Below are positions 9,257 to 18,296 of a stretch of 52,894 nt of DNA, piece after piece (position 1 is the stretch's first letter; every line of letters begins with the position of its first letter). The stretch lies in IMG/VR virus record IMGVR_UViG_3300049780_000032, positions 1-52,894 of that record. One strand, 5' to 3'. Both the position numbers and the translations under genes were made by a program. The notes under the pieces were generated by a model, which was not told where the DNA came from, did no database searches, and saw only the letters and a list, made by a program, of their open reading frames with translations. The DNA is from a virus (lineage: Duplodnaviria > Caudoviricetes).

Positions 9257-9527
9257 CGGACGTGTCGCCCTTCGCCTTGGCCGTGCGGGGGGCGCGGGTC
9301 TGGCGCTGCTCGCCTGGCTCGCGGGTGGCCGCCTCTACTGGCGGAGCGGCGCCGCGGCCCGGCTTGGCGGGCAGCTTGATGTCCGGCTGCGGCTCATCCG
9401 AGGTGAACAGGTCCGGCCGCTCGAGCGCCAGCGGGTGGTCGTCAGCGATCGACTGGCCCGGCGACAGCACGGTCAGGCCGCCCGACCACTTCACCGCGCC
9501 AGAGCATGCGGAATACAGGAATGCCAC
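9249..9527 (-). CDS. Small post-capsid protein
   Basis: GAGGAG RBS; 92 aa with 'AT.EPGE.R' motif often seen after actinophage capsid genes. Confidence 0.7.
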   Translation of the reverse strand: MAFLYSACSGAVKWSGGLTVLSPGQSIADDHPLALERPDLFTSDEPQPDIKLPAKPGRGAAPPVEAATREPGEQRQTRAPRTAKAKGDTSGG

Positions 9528-9554
9528 GAGCTTCTCCTCTCAGCCCAGGAGGGA

Positions 9555-9593
9555 TCCGGGCCGCCGCGCGGGCTGAGCACGCCGCGGCCCGGA
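9555..9593 (-). terminator. GC hairpin downstream of capsid gene
   Basis: TCCGGGCCGC (9555-9564) / GCGGCCCGGA (9584-9593) perfect 10-bp stem; no U-tract. Confidence 0.45.
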
Positions 9594-9610
9594 GTAGGTG
9601 GGGGTACGGG

Positions 9611-11107
9611 TTACGCGGACCGGTTGACCAGCAGCCGGAACGCGTGCGGGTTGACGACACCGGCGCCGACCCGCGCCCACGCGAACCATCCGCGCTGGCC
9701 AGTCGGCCTGTTGTTGGTGACGTCGAACAGTTGCGGGATGAACTCGACCGTCATGCCGGCCCGCTGCGCGACCACGTAGCCGGTGAAGTCGCCGACGACG
9801 AGCAGCGGCTGGGTGCCGGTGCCGGCCGGGTCGTCCTGCATGAAGTCGTTCATCGGGTATTCCTTGCCGAACAGCCGCGGGATCGCCTCCTGGGTGATGT
9901 CCACGGTGAAGTTCGGGTCGGTGGTGCCAAGCTGCCGGATCGTGTTCTGCACGTCCGTGCTCGACAGCCAGGCCGTGGACGACTTACGCCGGTACTTCTG
10001 CGGAAGCTGGTTCCACAGCCCGTAGATGTCGACCGCGCCCACCACGCCCGCGGTGCTGAGCTCGATGTTGGCCGGGTTCGTCACCGCGTCGAGGCTGGAC
10101 ACCAGGCCGTTCGGCTCGTTGGAGCCGGCCGTTCCGGTGGTGAGCTTCTCCGCCAGCAGCTCGTCGTAGCCTTCGGCGAGCAGCATCGACATGGCGTCGG
10201 CGAAGCCCGGCCAGTCCTGGCCCACCTCGATGCTGAACGGGATGAAGCCGTCCGCGCGCCGGGTCGGGATCTCGGGCTGGGCGATCGACGGGCTGTTATC
10301 GGTCGCCGCCGAGGCCTCCGCCTTGAACGACCACGACACGCCCGCGGAGCTCAGGCCGCGCCACGTGTCGTTCGTGATCGTCTCCACCCGGGCGAGCCGC
10401 AAGATATCGTTCTCGCTGCCCTGCGCCGTCAGGATGATCGTCGGGTCGATCAGGACCGGCACCGCGAAGCCGCCGGACGCGTCCACGCCGATGCTCATGG
10501 CGCGCTTGATGAGCGCCACCTGCTCGATCGCACGGGCCTCCTCCGGCGTGAACACCGGCACCTGCGACGCCGCGACCTTCTGGAACGCCGAGCGGTAATG
10601 CGGGTTCTCCGTGGCCAGCAGCAGCCGGCCGATCAGCTCGCCGTTCAGGTCCTGCGTCGACGTGCGCAGCAGCTTGTGCACGCGCTCCTTCTGCTCCGGC
10701 TCCAGGTGTCGGCCGCCGGCGCTGGAGTCCACGACGGCCATCGACCGGTCGTAGACAGCCCTGGAGTTCAGGACTCGGGGGTCCTCGCTGAACGGGTCCT
10801 GCTGCGGGCTGAACTGGCTCGACGACCACTTCTCACGCGACTGGCGCAGCCGCTCCGACCGCTCCAGGGCGCGCACCTCACGCTCACGGAACTGCAGTTC
10901 GCGCTCGAGCTCGTCCCACGACGCCTGCGCGTCCGCGTCCAAGGCCTCGCCATCGGCCTCACGGTCGAGGACTTCCATCTCGCCGTGGATCCCGCCGATG
11001 CGTGTGGCGGCCTGCTCCAGGTTCTCCGACCGCTCGAACGTCGGCTCGCCGTCCTGCGGGTCCGCCAGTGGCGGCACATTCCTTCTTGCCGGGGGCATCC
11101 CGGTCAC
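9611..11107 (-). CDS. Major capsid protein, HK97 fold, with coiled-coil delta domain
   Basis: 498 aa; 'SGGFAVPVLID', 'VGDFTGY', 'RVGAGVVNPHAFRLL'. Confidence 0.93.
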   Translation of the reverse strand: MTGMPPARRNVPPLADPQDGEPTFERSENLEQAATRIGGIHGEMEVLDREADGEALDADAQASWDELERELQFREREVRALERSERLRQSREKWSSSQFSPQQDPFSEDPRVLNSRAVYDRSMAVVDSSAGGRHLEPEQKERVHKLLRTSTQDLNGELIGRLLLATENPHYRSAFQKVAASQVPVFTPEEARAIEQVALIKRAMSIGVDASGGFAVPVLIDPTIILTAQGSENDILRLARVETITNDTWRGLSSAGVSWSFKAEASAATDNSPSIAQPEIPTRRADGFIPFSIEVGQDWPGFADAMSMLLAEGYDELLAEKLTTGTAGSNEPNGLVSSLDAVTNPANIELSTAGVVGAVDIYGLWNQLPQKYRRKSSTAWLSSTDVQNTIRQLGTTDPNFTVDITQEAIPRLFGKEYPMNDFMQDDPAGTGTQPLLVVGDFTGYVVAQRAGMTVEFIPQLFDVTNNRPTGQRGWFAWARVGAGVVNPHAFRLLVNRSA

Positions 11108-11931
11108 CTTCCTCTCGTCACGCCGAGCAGGGTCATGCGGCGGGCACGTGCCGCCGCGGTGAGTCCCGTGACGTGGCGGACCGGCTCGTCGCCGGGTGCC
11201 GGGGCCGTCGGGGCGGGCTGCTGCTGCGGAGCGACGGGCCCGCCATCAGGCGGGGTGTCGAGTCCGTGCAGTGCCCGGAAAGCGGCGAACGTGCGCTCCA
11301 GCTCCTTGTGCTGGTCGTCGTCGCGTTCGCTGAGTTCGTCCATCAGCCAGTCCACGCCGGAGCGCAGGCCGGCGGTCGCGTCAGGGTTGGCCGGCCAGGT
11401 GACCGGGCCCGCCTCGAACAGCCGGATCTCGGTGATGGTGCGCTCCGGCAGGCCGTCCGGGTTGTGGCTGCTGATGTCGGGCTCGTGGTTCCACGTCTCC
11501 TGTACCACCTCGAACATGAACGAGGAGCCGTACGCGCCGGCGCGCAGGCCGGGCACCAGGTCCCGGTTGTAGCTGGTGTCGAGCAGCGGCACCTCCATGT
11601 ACGGGGAGGTGTCCCGCTCCTCCAGGACATTGGCCACGCCGAGCACCTTCTGGTTGATCTGCAGGTCGCGGCCGTGGTTGAACAGCACCTTCACGCCGGC
11701 CGGACCGAGCGCGTTGATGGTGCGCTTGAACGCGCCCTTCTGGGTGCGCTCCAGGAACCGGCCCTCCCAGTAGGAGTCGATCTCATACCAGGAGCCGAAC
11801 CGGCTGAACTCAACCGTCATCACCGGCATGCCGTCGTCGCCGTCGGCGCGCTGCTCGGGCGGCCGCGCCAGGGCGGGCGCCAGCGCGCCGCCGCGGATCA
11901 GCCGAAGCCCACGAATCGCGGCCATGGTCAC
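11104..11931 (-). CDS. HK97-family prohead protease
   Basis: 'GAFKRTI', 'LFNHG', 'GSSFMF', 'LFEAGPVTWPANP'. Confidence 0.9.
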   Translation of the reverse strand: MTMAAIRGLRLIRGGALAPALARPPEQRADGDDGMPVMTVEFSRFGSWYEIDSYWEGRFLERTQKGAFKRTINALGPAGVKVLFNHGRDLQINQKVLGVANVLEERDTSPYMEVPLLDTSYNRDLVPGLRAGAYGSSFMFEVVQETWNHEPDISSHNPDGLPERTITEIRLFEAGPVTWPANPDATAGLRSGVDWLMDELSERDDDQHKELERTFAAFRALHGLDTPPDGGPVAPQQQPAPTAPAPGDEPVRHVTGLTAAARARRMTLLGVTRGR

Positions 11932-13127
11932 TCCTCCCCTTGCGGGTCGTCGTCGCTGTCGCCGCCGGCCAGGCTCTGGCGGGGCTGGTTGGGCTTGTCA
12001 CCCCACGGGACCGGAGGCAGATCCTCCAGCTCGCGGACCTCGTTGACCGTCCCCCACTGCTTGTCCAGGCGAGACGCGTACGCCTGGTAGCGCTGGATCG
12101 TGTTCGTCTCCAGCAGCGCGTCCCGGTTGATGCGCACGTACTGCGGTTTCGGCAGGAAGCCGGACAGCAGCCGCTCCAGCCGGCGCAACCACTTGCCGAC
12201 GCTGTACTTCAGCAGCGACAGGTCGCGGTCGACCAGGTTGGAGTAGGTGAGCGACCCCTGGCTGGTGCCGTAGCCGAGCAGCTCGGCCACCCCCGGCCCG
12301 AAAATTCGGGCGCATTCCGCCGCTGAATACCCCTGCGTCTCCAAGAACTGGCTTTCCTCGGGGTTCACCTGGATGGACTGGTACTGCCAGCCGCGCCCGA
12401 GCACGACCGGCTCGCGGACGCCGCGCACAGCCGCCAGGAACCGGTCCTTAGCGGTGCGGGCCGTGGCCGGGGTGAGTTCGATCTCCGAGTTGGTCAGCAG
12501 CGCTGCCGGGTGGGCACCCTCGCTGAACCACTGCTGCCCGAACTTGCTGGTGGCCAAGTTGATGCCGATCGTGGTGGCCAGCATCTGGATCGGCGACAGG
12601 CCCAGCACCACGCCGGGGATGGCGTTCACCCGCCGGTGCAGGAAGTCGCGGGCCGGAATCTCCTGGCCGGACACCATCCACCGCACCGCGCCGTCCTCGA
12701 CGGAGCCGCTCACCTTGTCGGGGTGGAACAGGTCCGCCTGCTGCATGAAACCCTGCGGAGACCAGGACAAGACCCTGCCGTACACGTTGCCGCGCAGCAG
12801 CCAGCTCATGAGCACCCGGTAGCACCAGTCCTGAAGGCCGTGCCCGTCGCCGTCCGGGTCCTCCAGCCACCACGGCATCCGCGTCTCTTCCCGGTCGGCG
12901 CCGTCGCCCCGGAACACGTCCATCGGCAATTCGGAACCGAGTGAGGCGATCATGTCGGTGGCGGCGAACACGGAGACCGCCTGCAGAGCGCTCTCGGCGG
13001 TGGTCACCTGCACGTCGGCGTAGGAGCCGCCCGCCCGGATCCGGCGCAGCACCTCGTCGAGCGAGCCTTCGAAGAACGGCGTCAGCCGCTTCTCGGTGCG
13101 TTCGCGGCCGCCCCACCACACGCTCAC
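11928..13127 (-). CDS. Portal protein (HK97 family)
   Basis: 'LLRGNVY', 'GLSPI', 'SQFLET', 'TVNEVRELEDLPP'; GTG start overlaps upstream stop. Confidence 0.92.
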   Translation of the reverse strand: MSVWWGGRERTEKRLTPFFEGSLDEVLRRIRAGGSYADVQVTTAESALQAVSVFAATDMIASLGSELPMDVFRGDGADREETRMPWWLEDPDGDGHGLQDWCYRVLMSWLLRGNVYGRVLSWSPQGFMQQADLFHPDKVSGSVEDGAVRWMVSGQEIPARDFLHRRVNAIPGVVLGLSPIQMLATTIGINLATSKFGQQWFSEGAHPAALLTNSEIELTPATARTAKDRFLAAVRGVREPVVLGRGWQYQSIQVNPEESQFLETQGYSAAECARIFGPGVAELLGYGTSQGSLTYSNLVDRDLSLLKYSVGKWLRRLERLLSGFLPKPQYVRINRDALLETNTIQRYQAYASRLDKQWGTVNEVRELEDLPPVPWGDKPNQPRQSLAGGDSDDDPQGEE

Positions 13128-13348
13128 GCGACCCTCCGGTCCAGCAGCAGCAGGAAGCCGCCCGCGGCGATGAAGCCGAGCGGCGCCCACGCCAGCCACA
13201 GCCCGTAGCAGACCAGCCCGGCACCGGCCAGGCCGGGCAGCCCGCGGCCCGCCACGCCCACGAGCCTGCCGAGCACGCCAGCCGCCGCCAGCCATGCGCG
13301 CGCCATCCGGCCCTGCAGACGCTTAGAGGATGTTGGCGAGGGGGTCAT
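13124..13348 (-). CDS. Small membrane protein between terL and portal
   Basis: Two hydrophobic segments; start uncertain (maybe 13306). Confidence 0.65.
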   Translation of the reverse strand: MTPSPTSSKRLQGRMARAWLAAAGVLGRLVGVAGRGLPGLAGAGLVCYGLWLAWAPLGFIAAGGFLLLLDRRVA

Positions 13349-14861
13349 AGTCCTCCTTCACCAGGTCAGCCCACGACTCGTACAGCCAGCGCGCCAAGGT
13401 GGCGGCGTAGAACGGGGTCACATCGGTGAGCGAGCGGCGCCGATCCAGCACCCACGCGTCCCCCATCGGCCGGGTTCGCGCGCCGTTCACCGCCGCCGTC
13501 AGATCCTTCTGATCACGGTGCACCACCGCGCCCTGCTTGATGGCGTCGGCCATCTGCCCGCACGCCTCGACCAGGTCGTTCGATCGCATGATGGCCAGGT
13601 CGCCGCGGCGTGGCCGATCCTTGTCCTTCGGCGGCTTCACCCCGGCCGCCACCAGGTCGTCGATCAGTGACCCCGCCGGCGATCCCGTCGACGCGATGGC
13701 CACACCGATCGGCTTCCACATGCGGCGCAACTTCACCACCGCGGGAACCACCCAATCGGTGCCTGGCCGCTTGTCGACGCGCTCCACGTGCATGCGGCCG
13801 TCAGAGCGCGGTGAAGCGATCACGATGCAGGACGACTCCCGATCGTGCGACACCTCGACCGCGAGCGTCACCTCGGGTCCCGGCTGCGAAGCCTCGTCGG
13901 CCAGGCCCGGCCAGGACTTCACCGGGATGTTCGGATCCTGCGGCGGCACCTGCTTGCGGGTGCGATTCAGGTACGCCCGGTCGAACTCGGCCGGGTCGAG
14001 CTTGTCCAGCTCGGCGCGGATCGTGTCCTCGCTGACCGTGAACCCGAGCGCGGGCAGGCACCGCCGCCACGTCGCAGGATCGTCGCGCGGCAACTCGTCC
14101 GGGGCGAACCACTCGAAGTAGGCGACCCGGCGCCGGATCCCCAGCCGCCACAACTCCATGACGAGCTCGCGGCCCGCCTCTCGCTTCTTGTTCAGCCACA
14201 GGCTCTTCTCGGTGCCGCCCGCTGACGCCCACCACAGCTGCGCCATGTCGCGGGTCAGCATCGCCGGCGAGAAAGCCTGCTCCAGCCGATCATCCTCGTG
14301 CGCGAACGCCTCATCGATCACGCCCAGATCCAACGGTGGCCCATGCCCGGCCTTCTCCGTGTTCGCGGTGATGCCCAGCTTGGATCGGGTCTTGAACCAG
14401 ATGATCGCCTCGTTGCCGTTCGTCATGCGGGTGCGATATCTCCCGGCCAGCGACGACCCCTCCAGCGTCTCCAGGAACTCATCCTCGAACCGCTCGCGCG
14501 CCATGCCGCGCGTCTGCGCCGCGTACACGACCCGCTGCCGCGTCCAGGCCGCGATCCGGTGCACCATCAGCCCGAGGGTCTGCTGGGTTTTGCCCTGCTG
14601 GCGCGGCACCGACAGGCCCACCTCGCGGTGCGCGAACAGCCCGGTCTCGGGGTCGATCTCCAGGCCGACGTCGAGCACGTACCGCTGCCATGGCATCGGC
14701 GGGTAGCCGAGCCGCTCCATCACCTTCCACGCCTTCGGGCCCAGCGACGGGTATTCCGGCCGGCGCGGCGTGCCCCACAGCGGCGGGCATTTCAGCCCGT
14801 ACAGGTCCTCCAGTTGGGCGGCGAACTCACTCGGGGGTGTCCAGGTCTCCGAGGTCGTCAT
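13323..14861 (-). CDS. Terminase large subunit
   Basis: PWQ adenine motif, VPRQQGKT Walker A, VIDEAF Walker B, C-terminal nuclease. Confidence 0.93.
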   Translation of the reverse strand: MTTSETWTPPSEFAAQLEDLYGLKCPPLWGTPRRPEYPSLGPKAWKVMERLGYPPMPWQRYVLDVGLEIDPETGLFAHREVGLSVPRQQGKTQQTLGLMVHRIAAWTRQRVVYAAQTRGMARERFEDEFLETLEGSSLAGRYRTRMTNGNEAIIWFKTRSKLGITANTEKAGHGPPLDLGVIDEAFAHEDDRLEQAFSPAMLTRDMAQLWWASAGGTEKSLWLNKKREAGRELVMELWRLGIRRRVAYFEWFAPDELPRDDPATWRRCLPALGFTVSEDTIRAELDKLDPAEFDRAYLNRTRKQVPPQDPNIPVKSWPGLADEASQPGPEVTLAVEVSHDRESSCIVIASPRSDGRMHVERVDKRPGTDWVVPAVVKLRRMWKPIGVAIASTGSPAGSLIDDLVAAGVKPPKDKDRPRRGDLAIMRSNDLVEACGQMADAIKQGAVVHRDQKDLTAAVNGARTRPMGDAWVLDRRRSLTDVTPFYAATLARWLYESWADLVKEDYDPLANIL

Positions 14862-15120
14862 CGTCCTCCTCGGGAGCCCGCGCGGCCAGCAGCTGCGCGA
14901 GCGTGGCCCGCAGCTCCTTCGTGAGGCCCGGCAGCGTGCGCGCCTCTTCCTGTGACGGGATCAGCTCGCCGCAACCCTGGCAGGTCCGCCCGTTCGCCTT
15001 GTCGATCTCGCGGGCGAGCCGGTAGGCCACCTCGGACAGCGACGGCTCTACGCCCACCAGGTCGCCGAGCTGCTCGACGTCGTCGCGGACGGCCTTCTCA
15101 ACTGGGCCCATCATGTGCAC
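14827..15120 (-). CDS. Terminase small subunit
   Basis: 97 aa, 'LAREID...LTKELRATLAQL', directly upstream of terL. Confidence 0.7.
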   Translation of the reverse strand: MHMMGPVEKAVRDDVEQLGDLVGVEPSLSEVAYRLAREIDKANGRTCQGCGELIPSQEEARTLPGLTKELRATLAQLLAARAPEEDDDDLGDLDTPE

Positions 15121-15271
15121 CCCGCGAGCGGGTGAGGCATCGCCCCTCCAAGATCGACTGTTGGAGATCGCTTTCGGGGAGAAAAAAAGGGAGCGATGTC
15201 AAGGGGTCACCCGAGGTCGTCCCTAAAAAGCTCTGACCTGCACAAACGCGCCACGACGCTGTGACCTGCGG

Positions 15272-15583
15272 TTATGTCCCCGGTCCGGCGTACCAGTCAC
15301 GCGAGGTGTCGCTCCGAGCAGGTCTTATCGCGGCGATCGGCCTGTTGCCTCGCTCGGTGTTGCACTTGCGCCCGCAATCGGGGCACGGCGCGCTGGCTCC
15401 GTGTGCTGGCCGCATGGCGTGCGGGTCGAGCGGCTGCTCGGCGTCGATGCTGATGGGTACCAGGTGGTCGGCCTCGCCTGCGCCGTCATGTCCGCACAGA
15501 TGGCAGATGGTGCCGTAGATGGCGAACATCCGCTTGCGTGCGGTCCGGTAGGGGCGGCCTGTCCGGTGCTTCGTGTTCCGCAT
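15272..15583 (-). CDS. HNH endonuclease (packaging-associated)
   Basis: CHLC...DH...AH...CN; upstream of terS. Confidence 0.85.
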   Translation of the reverse strand: MRNTKHRTGRPYRTARKRMFAIYGTICHLCGHDGAGEADHLVPISIDAEQPLDPHAMRPAHGASAPCPDCGRKCNTERGNRPIAAIRPARSDTSRDWYAGPGT

Positions 15584-15686
15584 GCGGGTTGCCTCGGATA
15601 CGGCGAGGCCCGGCACTTGGCCGGGCCGGTTCTCGGGTTGACGGTCAAGGGCCGTGGGTGGCTGAGGCGACACGTCAGGTGAGTTA

Positions 15687-15893
15687 TCACAGAGCATGGG
15701 CCATTACGGGCGTCCTTGGCAAGCGACTGCCGCCGCGCTGTTCTGCGAGCTGGTCGAGTTCGGCGCAGTCCCAGAGCAGGTTTCGGCCGTCCCGGTGGAC
15801 GGTGATTCGGCCTTCGGTGTGCCAGCGGCGCAGCGTCCGGGCGGGGATCTGATAGAGGGCCTCGGCGTCGGCGGTGCTGATCCTCGCGTTCAT
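15687..15893 (-). CDS. Small HTH DNA-binding protein
   Basis: 'IPARTLRRWHTEGRI' MerR/Xis-type HTH. Confidence 0.7.
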   Translation of the reverse strand: MNARISTADAEALYQIPARTLRRWHTEGRITVHRDGRNLLWDCAELDQLAEQRGGSRLPRTPVMAHAL

Positions 15894-16237
15894 TTCCGCC
15901 CCGTTCTCCGACGCCTACGCCGGGCGTACTCGCTCTTCATCGCACGTCTCACCTGCCGGTTGGCTTCGGCCAGCTCCTCCATCTGGGGCGCGATCCCGGT
16001 GAGTGTCTGCAAGGCGGAGCCGAGGTCGCGCATCATCCGCTCGAAGGCCGGCTGCATCGCTTCCACAAGCGTCCGCACGTGACTGCCGAAGATCGCCGCT
16101 GCCTGCTGTGCCCTCTCGGCGTCGACCGCGGATAGGCCGGGGAATTTGGGCGGTTCGACAGTCCACGTCATGGAGTCGGGGCTGCCATGCCAGGTGATGA
16201 CGTCGTCGATCTGGTCGAGGATGTCGCGCTCGCTCAC
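15890..16237 (-). CDS. Hypothetical protein
   Basis: GTG start VSERDILDQIDD overlapping upstream stop. Confidence 0.6.
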   Translation of the reverse strand: MSERDILDQIDDVITWHGSPDSMTWTVEPPKFPGLSAVDAERAQQAAAIFGSHVRTLVEAMQPAFERMMRDLGSALQTLTGIAPQMEELAEANRQVRRAMKSEYARRRRRRTGRK

Positions 16238-16896
16238 CCTGCCATCCTTCCTCGCTGGCAGCGGCGGCCGAACCGGTGCCACTGCGTCGTGTCCAAGCTG
16301 AGATCGCACATGTCGCAGTAGATGACGCTCGGGGTGGGGTCGTCGTCGCGCCGGACGGTCGCCTTCAGCACGCCGCCGCACGGCTCACCGTCCACGAGCT
16401 CCACGCACCGTACGGGCAGCACGAGCGGCAGCCGGCCCGGGTCGATCACCCCGTATGAGCGGCCGACCAGTTCGGCGAGCGTGTCCTTGTAGGCGCCCGC
16501 GTCGGGCCGTGCGGCGAGCCAGTCGGCGTGCCGTTCGAGCCATGCGCACTGGGCGCCCGGGTTGGGTGGCGGCCCGGTGAGCCCGCGTTCGATGGCGACG
16601 AGTTCGGTGAGCCAGCGCAGGTCGTGCCGCATCTGGGCGAGCAGGTCGCCGGCGCGCGGGTTGTACGGCAGGGGCGGGGTGCGGCTGCCGCTGACGGCGG
16701 GCCCGCTGCTGATGCTGCCGGTGGGGAGTTGGGCGAGCACGTCGGCGTGGAGTTCGGGCAGGTCGTGAAGGTTGCGGCCGAGGGCGGCGTGGCATCCGGG
16801 GCACAGGTTGAGTCCGTCGGCGGCGTGGCGTGGCCGGTCGGGGTTGTGCCGGTGGGTGGCTTGGCAGAGGGCTGGGGACGTGACACGGCGGGCCAT
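16234..16896 (-). CDS. Zn-binding putative late-gene regulator
   Basis: Cys pairs LCPGC, RC..PC, CDMC; lies just before the late operon. Confidence 0.55.
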   Translation of the reverse strand: MARRVTSPALCQATHRHNPDRPRHAADGLNLCPGCHAALGRNLHDLPELHADVLAQLPTGSISSGPAVSGSRTPPLPYNPRAGDLLAQMRHDLRWLTELVAIERGLTGPPPNPGAQCAWLERHADWLAARPDAGAYKDTLAELVGRSYGVIDPGRLPLVLPVRCVELVDGEPCGGVLKATVRRDDDPTPSVIYCDMCDLSLDTTQWHRFGRRCQRGRMAG

Positions 16897-17144
16897 CACG
16901 CGTGCTCCTCGAACCAGAACGGGTCCTGGATGGCGCAGTTCACGAACAGCGGCGGTTGGAGGCGTCCTGCCACCAGGTCTGCGCGGTGTTCGTCGAGCAG
17001 GTGGTTGGTTCCGGCTTGCGCGGCTTCCCGCGAGAGGTTCCACGTGCCGGGGACGATGGCGCCGCACGGGACGCAGCGCATGATCTCGATGTCCTGCATG
17101 ACCAGCGGCAGGTGCTGGGGGATGGTCACGGGCGGGTCAGCCAT
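16896..17144 (-). CDS. Hypothetical protein (CxxC...HxxxxH)
   Basis: Coupled start MADPPVTIPQ. Confidence 0.55.
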   Translation of the reverse strand: MADPPVTIPQHLPLVMQDIEIMRCVPCGAIVPGTWNLSREAAQAGTNHLLDEHRADLVAGRLQPPLFVNCAIQDPFWFEEHA

Positions 17145-17454
17145 TCGCGTCCTCCCCGACCACCTCGTACAGATGGAAGACCAGGCCGTCGAGGCGGGGC
17201 GTGGTGCCGCACCACCGTGAACGGCCCGGGACAGGGTGGCCGGTGCCGTACACACGGAACGACCTCGGGTAGACACGGGCGCCGTCTCGGTGCTCGGCCC
17301 AGAACTCGACCGTCCAGCGCTCCCCGTCGCGGATGGCCGCGACGGCAAGCGGCGGGCCCTGGTGATCCCAGAGCGGGGAGCTGATGGGCAGCGTGTGGGT
17401 CTGGTCGTCGATCGGCACCTCGTAGCGGTACACCCGCTTCGCGGCCTCGGGCAT
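17137..17454 (-). CDS. Conserved phage hypothetical protein
   Basis: 'VYRYEVPID...FRVYGTGHP...G.VFHLYE' pattern. Confidence 0.7.
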   Translation of the reverse strand: MPEAAKRVYRYEVPIDDQTHTLPISSPLWDHQGPPLAVAAIRDGERWTVEFWAEHRDGARVYPRSFRVYGTGHPVPGRSRWCGTTPRLDGLVFHLYEVVGEDANG

Positions 17455-17457
17455 GGC

Positions 17458-17634
17458 TCAGTCCTCCACTTCGTCCAGGTCGAAGCTGTTACAGCCTGCT
17501 GTGGTGAGCTCGTACGGCATGCCGTGCTTGTTGATCGCAGCCGGCACCTGTTCGAGGACTACCGCCCCAGCAGCCGGGGTTCGGAACGTGAGGTGGACGT
17601 TGACGTGTGGGTCGGGCATGGGGTGTCGCCTCAT
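17458..17634 (-). CDS. Hypothetical protein
   Basis: ATGA-coupled small ORF. Confidence 0.5.
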   Translation of the reverse strand: MRRHPMPDPHVNVHLTFRTPAAGAVVLEQVPAAINKHGMPYELTTAGCNSFDLDEVED

Positions 17635-18296
17635 CCGTGGTAGTCGGGGCTCTGGCGGTCGATGACCTGGCGCTCGCGCTCGGTTGGGGCGGGGCGGCCG
17701 TGGCGTCCGGCATGCGGTGTCGCCGGCGTGCCGGGGTTGTTGAGGGCGTCCGTGACGGCTGCCGCGCACGCCTGCCATCCGGCGCGCCAGGCCTCGCGCT
17801 GCGCGGCCGGGATGCGGATGTCGTCGCAGGTCTCGATGGCGACGAGCGCGCGCATCACCATGCGTTCGGCGCTCGCTGTGCGTCGGCGGAGGGCGGCGGC
17901 CAGGCGGGCGTGTTCGGCTTCGGCGTCGTCGTGGCGTTGGCGCCAGGCCGCGGCCGCGTGTTCGGCGTCGCCGATGCGGGTGAAGGCGGCGGCGATGCGG
18001 GGTGCGGCGGCTTCTGCGCTGCGCCGGTCGATGTGCGCCTGCAGGTGGACGATCATGTTGTGGAGGGCGTCTTGAAGCGGTCGGCATCCGCACTGGTGAT
18101 CGTTTTCTGCGTGGGTGTTGAGGGCCTCCGGAACGGCTCCGTGCCAGATCTCGTGATTCTGTTCGGGTAAAGCGGCGGTCAAATGCTCCCGTGCGGGGCT
18201 GTAGGGCCTCTCTCGCGGCCGAACAACCCCTTCCGAGTCTCTCTGTATGGGCGACACGGGAGAATCGCTCTCAGCGCCGCGCGGCAGGGTGCTCAC
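17631..18296 (-). CDS. Hypothetical coiled-coil protein
   Basis: GTGA overlap with dnaB stop. Confidence 0.55.
   Translation of the reverse strand: MSTLPRGAESDSPVSPIQRDSEGVVRPRERPYSPAREHLTAALPEQNHEIWHGAVPEALNTHAENDHQCGCRPLQDALHNMIVHLQAHIDRRSAEAAAPRIAAAFTRIGDAEHAAAAWRQRHDDAEAEHARLAAALRRRTASAERMVMRALVAIETCDDIRIPAAQREAWRAGWQACAAAVTDALNNPGTPATPHAGRHGRPAPTERERQVIDRQSPDYHG

Noticed and set aside
9506-11572. Long plus-strand ORFs such as 9506-11572, 23927-25285 and 39043-40608
   Set aside because: Antisense shadows of capsid, MTase and integrase genes, typical of high-GC DNA; no motifs
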